From assembly GCA_029258885.1 (NCBI GenBank), contig JAPDJW010000002.1, forward strand, positions 32,001-96,000: 64,000 nucleotides of DNA, in the 5' to 3' direction. The position numbers and the translations under genes are program-made. This DNA comes from Thermoproteota archaeon (GTDB lineage: Archaea > Thermoproteota > Thermoprotei > Thermofilales > B9-G17). The notes beneath the pieces are model-generated. The model did no database searches and was not told the DNA's origin. It saw nothing but the letters and a program-made list of their open reading frames with translations. This document shows, piece by piece, positions 59,140-64,000 of the stretch (its first letter is position 1; every line of letters starts with the position of its first letter).

Positions 59140-59908
59140 GGTGCTGACAACTTTATGCAATATGCATCACCTCACATACGAGCCAGCATAATCTAGCAAA
59201 CTCATCCAGCGGCTTTAAGCCTAAAGGCGGAAAACCTAGGCTTAAATAAGTTCTAACGTAATTATAGAAGGCAAGCCAGGCGCTAATCCAGGAAATAGCA
59301 CTAGTAAAACGCTTAAGGCTTAAACGCGGGAAACAAACGTCAAAGCCCCATCCTTCAACATTCAATGAGGCGTTCAGCATAGCTCCTCATACCGCCTGAA
59401 AGCACTACGTGCCTAAGCCTAGCCCAACACGCTGCAGAGGGATACCAGGTAGCGCCATCCATAACGACTATCCTGACGCCGTGTCTAAGACTAAGCCTCC
59501 TTAGAAAGCTGTATGCAGTCCATACGTTGCGTACTGGAGTTATCTGGAAGGCTAGGAACGCCCTATTATAGGGGTCTACTGCAATCCAGAACCAGGCTTT
59601 CCGCCGTCCAAGCCCAATACACGTTTCATCAACTACGGCTATTCTCCTGCTAGCTTTCGGTGTAAGTAGCTTCAGGCTTAGGCTTCCGAATCTATGTATC
59701 CATTTTCTAACTGCTTCCCTGCTCCTATCTATTCCAGCTGTCTTTAGTGTTCGCTCTACTTGCCTTAGGCTTAGTCCTGAGAGATAAAGATATATTGCGT
59801 AGAGCATTATCCATAATGGGGTCCGTAGTCTCCTAAAGAGCTTATGTTGCTTGTTGCCCATACATTATAGGCTACGGACCCTCCCAATAAACTTAAGTTG
59901 TCAGCACC
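59140..59908 (-). mobile_element. IS6-family insertion sequence, 769 bp
   Basis: Perfect 14-bp terminal inverted repeats GGTGCTGACAACTT at 59140-59153 and 59895-59908; DDE transposase inside; no 8-bp TSD. Confidence 0.9.
59153..59861 (-). pseudogene. IS6 transposase, frameshifted near 59360
   Basis: ORF1 has HTH, VVDET, MDGATWY, YAERLIE and then stops; ORF2 continues GFDVCFP...FYNYVRTYLSLG in another frame. Confidence 0.85.
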
Positions 59909-59927
59909 GTAGAATTTCTTAGTCAGT

Positions 59928-61004
59928 TTATATATTATGATAGGGAAATATCAGAGACTTAATACGTTCTACTCTCCTCCTTACTGTCTCAAGAATATAA
60001 TTGCTAGAGGTAGTTTTAAAATCATCCCTGAGGTCGTTAAACATATCGCTAGGCAAATCCGCGATTATCATAAATGCTAGAGCCCATATTCTAGCGGCGT
60101 CCTCAGCACTATAACCTCCCCCACCAGTCATTACAAGCCTTCCACTACACAGTTCATGCGATAGCATGTGTAGTCTTCTAGCGACATGTTCATAGGTATG
60201 TGTCGTTAAAGCTAAGCCAACTAGAGGATCCGTATAGTATCCATCAGCGCCAAACTGAACAACTATAACCTCAGGCCTATATGACTTAAGTAGCGGTGGA
60301 ACTATCTCGTCAAATACGTATATGAAGGCGTCATCACCAGTTCCAGCTGGAAGAGGGACGTTAACCGAATATCCCTTCCCCTCCCCCTCGCCAATTTCAT
60401 CCATCCATCCGGAGCCGGGATAGAAGTAGCCTCCGTACCTATGAAAGGATATGGTCAATATAGGCTCATCGTAGAATATCCTTTGAGTTCCATCACCATG
60501 ATGCCCATCTATATCAACTACAGCAATTCTCTCAATTCTATACTTTTCCTGCATAAACCTAACGGTTAATGCTACGTCATTGAAAACGCAGAACCCGGCA
60601 GCATAATTCGATCCTGCATGGTGAAAGCCTCCGCCTGGATTAAATGCGTGTAGAACTTCTCCCTCAAACACTAGTTGTCCACAATATATTGAAGCACACG
60701 CCCTATATAATGCTCCCTTGAAGATCCCCCTAGCGGCTGGTGTATCTCCATAGTCAAGATAGCCCCTCCCCTCCTTGCTCTTTGCTTTAACGAAGTCTAT
60801 ATAACTTCTATCGTGAATCAGTTCAAGAAGCTTCTCATCAACCGGAAATTTCTCTATAAGCCTTAATCCTTCTCTCTTAAAAACTTCTTTCTCTTTTAAT
60901 ATATCTATCATTCTCTTACAGCGCCAGGGTTTAAATGGATGAAATTCCCCTAAATCATATTTAAGAAACTCATCACAGTATATTACGGCTGATCTACAGG
61001 GCAT
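59928..61004 (-). CDS. acuC: Acetoin utilization AcuC/histone deacetylase family protein
   Basis: HPFKP.R, GGGFHHA, GFCVFND, DIDGHHGDG, GADG..DP, GGGGY. Confidence 0.9.
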   Translation of the reverse strand: MPCRSAVIYCDEFLKYDLGEFHPFKPWRCKRMIDILKEKEVFKREGLRLIEKFPVDEKLLELIHDRSYIDFVKAKSKEGRGYLDYGDTPAARGIFKGALYRACASIYCGQLVFEGEVLHAFNPGGGFHHAGSNYAAGFCVFNDVALTVRFMQEKYRIERIAVVDIDGHHGDGTQRIFYDEPILTISFHRYGGYFYPGSGWMDEIGEGEGKGYSVNVPLPAGTGDDAFIYVFDEIVPPLLKSYRPEVIVVQFGADGYYTDPLVGLALTTHTYEHVARRLHMLSHELCSGRLVMTGGGGYSAEDAARIWALAFMIIADLPSDMFNDLRDDFKTTSSNYILETVRRRVERIKSLIFPYHNI

Positions 61005-61102
61005 ACTACTATAATACTTAGGGTACGGGATAAGTCTGTCGGATCAGCTTCAGGCGTCCCTGCAGTCTCCGGATAAGAGTAAAGATAGGAATATGTTAAA
61101 GG

Positions 61103-62779
61103 CTAGTGCCTAGCAATCTGCAATTCATAAAAGATGAAGTCAAAGTAGTCGCTTTCATTACCAGCTGAAACCTGCAGAGAGAAGTAGCGTATATCGGTAT
61201 ATTCATTTAGATTTGTATACTCTTTCATACCCAATAGTGTTCCATTTTCATCATATACCAGAGCTACTATCCTATAGGGATCTCTAAATACATGTAACTC
61301 CAAGATATATACCTTATAGAGCCTGTTTTCTTCATCGAAGGAAACTAGCTCATCTGGACTCCACGACCAGCCCGGATATCCATAATTATTTGAATATATT
61401 CCTCCACCAATAACAGGGACTATTCCAAGCGACACCACGTACCCGCTATCTGCTAAATGCGATAGGATTAAATATCCCCCGCCACAGCTAGGATTAAGAG
61501 CCTTAACTCGAGCCCTAACAACATATCCATCGGGGTAAGCGTTAGGATCAATCAATTTATAAAGGTGCATACCGGGATATCCGGATCTAGGCCTAGTTAT
61601 GTATACCCTAAGGCTTCCACCATAGAAAAGGTAGTAGACATCTCTCCTCGTACTGAGAGCATCCACATAATTCTCAAATGAAAAATCAGTATCTATACTT
61701 ACGAGTCCAACTCTACACCAATATACTTTAACGTTACCACGGGTACCGACAAAGAGCTTGTAAATCCTACTAATACCGGGGAACTCGCCCGACACATTAA
61801 TCATAAATAAAATCCAGCCATTAGTACTGGGATCGTTAGAGGCTATATCACTCGCTCTAACTATCTCCCCCACACGTACTAGCCCAGAATAGCTCGCATA
61901 CCATAAATCCGTCATGAAGTCGGGCAAGCCGGGATAAGTGTCCGTGTCACTCCAAAATATTACATAGAAGTGATGATTCTCAGGGCTTGAATCGATCTGA
62001 TAATCTATAAGGATTTCCATAAGGGAATCCGATAAATCGCTTGTGGGATCAACATATATACATGCTGTTAAAAAGGTACCGTCGGTTACTTTAACCCCCT
62101 CTTCGCCAAAGTCAATTTCAAAGTAGCTTTCATCACCACCACTACTGCCCTCGGTGAGTATAGCTGAAACCGAGATATCGCTTAGAGGCTCGGGTAAAGA
62201 AGAGGGCAGATCTTCACCAAATGATACGGATCCAGAGCCTGATACGTGACTTCCTCCAGAAGTTCCCTCGTTGATTTCCTCCTCACCGCTGAACGTGATA
62301 ATGGCTTCAGTAGTCCTGTATTCAGCTCTAAGGTTCCTTGAAAAAACTATTCCACTGGCTGTGTGAAAAGTAAGCTCGTAAAACATGCCAGGCTTAAGTA
62401 GAAACGGAGTAACACCATATATCTCAACGGTATGGCCGGGGTAGATCATGATTTGTCTTTCTTCAGTTAAAACGTACCCACCAGTATCTGCATCTCTCGC
62501 ATAGAGGATTATAACGCCCGGTTTACCGTTAATAAGAACCCTGTCAATCCAGACAGGATCGCTGCCGAGATTCTTAACGGCAATCCAGAAGTCGTTATCC
62601 CTTACTTGAAACTCTCCATGAATGGCAAGCTTAATAGGTCTAGTACCATAGCCAGCAGCGCTGAGCAGGCCGGAAGCCCAGAGAGCAAAAGCTATAGCAA
62701 CAGCAATAGTAACAGCAACAATAATAACCGTAGCAATAACGGGACTAATAGCATGGCACGTAAAATAAGATTTTTTCAT
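61103..62779 (-). CDS. Large archaellin/type IV pilin-like protein with extended C-terminal domains (putative adhesin)
   Basis: AISPVIATVIIVAVTIAVAIAFALW, VKNLGSDPV.IDRVLING, PG..YELTFHTASG; ATG 62779 preferred. Confidence 0.82.
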   Translation of the reverse strand: MKKSYFTCHAISPVIATVIIVAVTIAVAIAFALWASGLLSAAGYGTRPIKLAIHGEFQVRDNDFWIAVKNLGSDPVWIDRVLINGKPGVIILYARDADTGGYVLTEERQIMIYPGHTVEIYGVTPFLLKPGMFYELTFHTASGIVFSRNLRAEYRTTEAIITFSGEEEINEGTSGGSHVSGSGSVSFGEDLPSSLPEPLSDISVSAILTEGSSGGDESYFEIDFGEEGVKVTDGTFLTACIYVDPTSDLSDSLMEILIDYQIDSSPENHHFYVIFWSDTDTYPGLPDFMTDLWYASYSGLVRVGEIVRASDIASNDPSTNGWILFMINVSGEFPGISRIYKLFVGTRGNVKVYWCRVGLVSIDTDFSFENYVDALSTRRDVYYLFYGGSLRVYITRPRSGYPGMHLYKLIDPNAYPDGYVVRARVKALNPSCGGGYLILSHLADSGYVVSLGIVPVIGGGIYSNNYGYPGWSWSPDELVSFDEENRLYKVYILELHVFRDPYRIVALVYDENGTLLGMKEYTNLNEYTDIRYFSLQVSAGNESDYFDFIFYELQIARH

Positions 62780-63522
62780 AAGCAACACCTGAGAAATAAT
62801 TTTCAATAGATAAAGATATGTCTTACTTATAAATAACTATTACATAAAATCTCACCTTAATATGAGTAAAAGTTACATATTTCAACAATATAGATTTTTA
62901 AGCGGATATACAAAAACCTATAAACTTAATGGAAACAATTAAAGAACATTGAGTTCTAGAGATTCAGGCAAGGAGTCATTACAATATCAATAGTTATTGT
63001 AGCCTTAGTAACAGTAGCATCCAGCTATTGAAGCAAAACATTAAAACTAGTACATGAGCCAGATCTATGCCTAAAGGTATAAATTTTATGATTTAAAATG
63101 CCAGCATTAGACTTAAGGAGTTGAGGACTCTTTTCCTAATAATGATAGAGGGTTCATGGAATCCTGATGAGTAAGCAATGGATAGAAGGTTTTACTGAAT
63201 AGAACGCATATTTAAAGCGACATGACTAGAAACAGGAGAAGTAAGAGTGGTAGCACATCGAGAAGGAGGTCCAGGACTACACGTAGTAGCAATAAGCTCC
63301 CATGCATATTATAAATCAAATGAAGAGCATCTGAGCGAAAAGCCTGAATTAATATACTACAAATGTACTAAATATCTAAAAAATAATTTAAATATTGTAT
63401 ATTATATAGAGAATACATCCGAATTTAAACGAAAGTTATTGCGGTATAACGTAGATGTAATAATCAAGCCCTTGAAAACTAGCCACATTAAACCTATGCT
63501 CAGCATGATAGGGAAAATAATT

Positions 63523-64000
63523 TTAACTATTTTCTGAGCTTTCTTTCTTCTCTATTTCTTTAAGAAGAACCTTCACGGCTTCAACTACGCTATCTTTTCT
63601 TAACGATATAACAGGTATAACGGGGATTTCCTGAGGTACTTCTAAAAGGTCTCTAATCTTGGCTGGCGTTAAAGAATCCTTAATATCTTGCTTATTAGCG
63701 CCTACAACATGCGGATGATTACCATACATTTTAAAATGCCTATAAATAAATTTAGCAATTTTAATGCTATCTAAGTCGCTGCTATCAACTAATAAAATAA
63801 ATCCATCCATGCCCTTAGACAATATATCCCACATAAAGCAGAACCTAAACTGACCAGGAGTACCAAATACATACAGCATTTTACCATTAATATAGACCTT
63901 GCCGAAATCCATTGCAACAGTTGTTGTTTCTTTAATTTTTCTCTCATCATCCCTGAAAAGTCTCTTATCAGTGTTTAGGATTTTACCGCATAAACTTTTA
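63523..64000 (-). CDS. Small GTPase of MglA/ATP_bind_1 type, partial (P-loop lies beyond the window)
   Basis: Frame open to 64000: ...KETTTVAMDFG...FGTPGQFRFCFMW...GANKQD. Confidence 0.85.
   Translation of the reverse strand, partial: KSLCGKILNTDKRLFRDDERKIKETTTVAMDFGKVYINGKMLYVFGTPGQFRFCFMWDILSKGMDGFILLVDSSDLDSIKIAKFIYRHFKMYGNHPHVVGANKQDIKDSLTPAKIRDLLEVPQEIPVIPVISLRKDSVVEAVKVLLKEIEKKESSENS

Noticed and set aside
61021-61080. GC-rich intergenic patch with repeated GGATAAG
   Set aside because: No convincing stem or box motifs; cannot support an RNA call
62680-62750. AGC/AAC/AAT microsatellite-like run and ORF 62606..62809
   Set aside because: Antisense shadow of the Val/Ile/Ala pilin helix
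63141-63200. Possible C/D box sRNA (two CTGA boxes)
   Set aside because: No proper RTGATGA C box and wrong guide spacing
63247-63537. 96-aa plus-strand ORF
   Set aside because: No recognisable motif and GTG start; could be real but unsupported

Overview
Archaeal chromosomal DNA, AT-rich with compact overlapping genes. Gene content (AGOG, TrmB x2, TreT, GH116, vapBC, class III signal peptide) suggests a thermophilic Thermoproteota (Thermofilales-like) organism; this is inference. (1) 1-8 kb: accessory zone around tRNA-His with a TnpB whose RuvC-III Asp is replaced by Gln, its own omega-RNA-like right end, a second orphan copy of that scaffold 2.4 kb away with a different 3' flank, two truncated genes at the TnpB borders, a HEPN/MNT pair and DNA-repair genes. 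(2) 8-38 kb: ordinary metabolism: geranylgeranyl reductase family, sugar ABC transporter with TrmB and TreT, vapBC, SufS, MacB-type ABC, GH116 cluster, amino-acid ABC, two radical SAM enzymes. (3) 40.5-58.7 kb: a large TrmB-linked candidate glycan capture/import locus made of GH130, two membrane-anchored (alpha/alpha) hydrolase-like proteins, a 1471-aa M28-like/FtsX fusion with no ATPase in the locus, two OPT-like transporters and three coiled-coil-stalk surface proteins. (4) 59-64 kb: frameshifted IS6, AcuC/HDAC, a large pilin-like adhesin and a partial small GTPase. No CRISPR array or rRNA was seen. Family calls rest on motif recognition by eye, not database searches.
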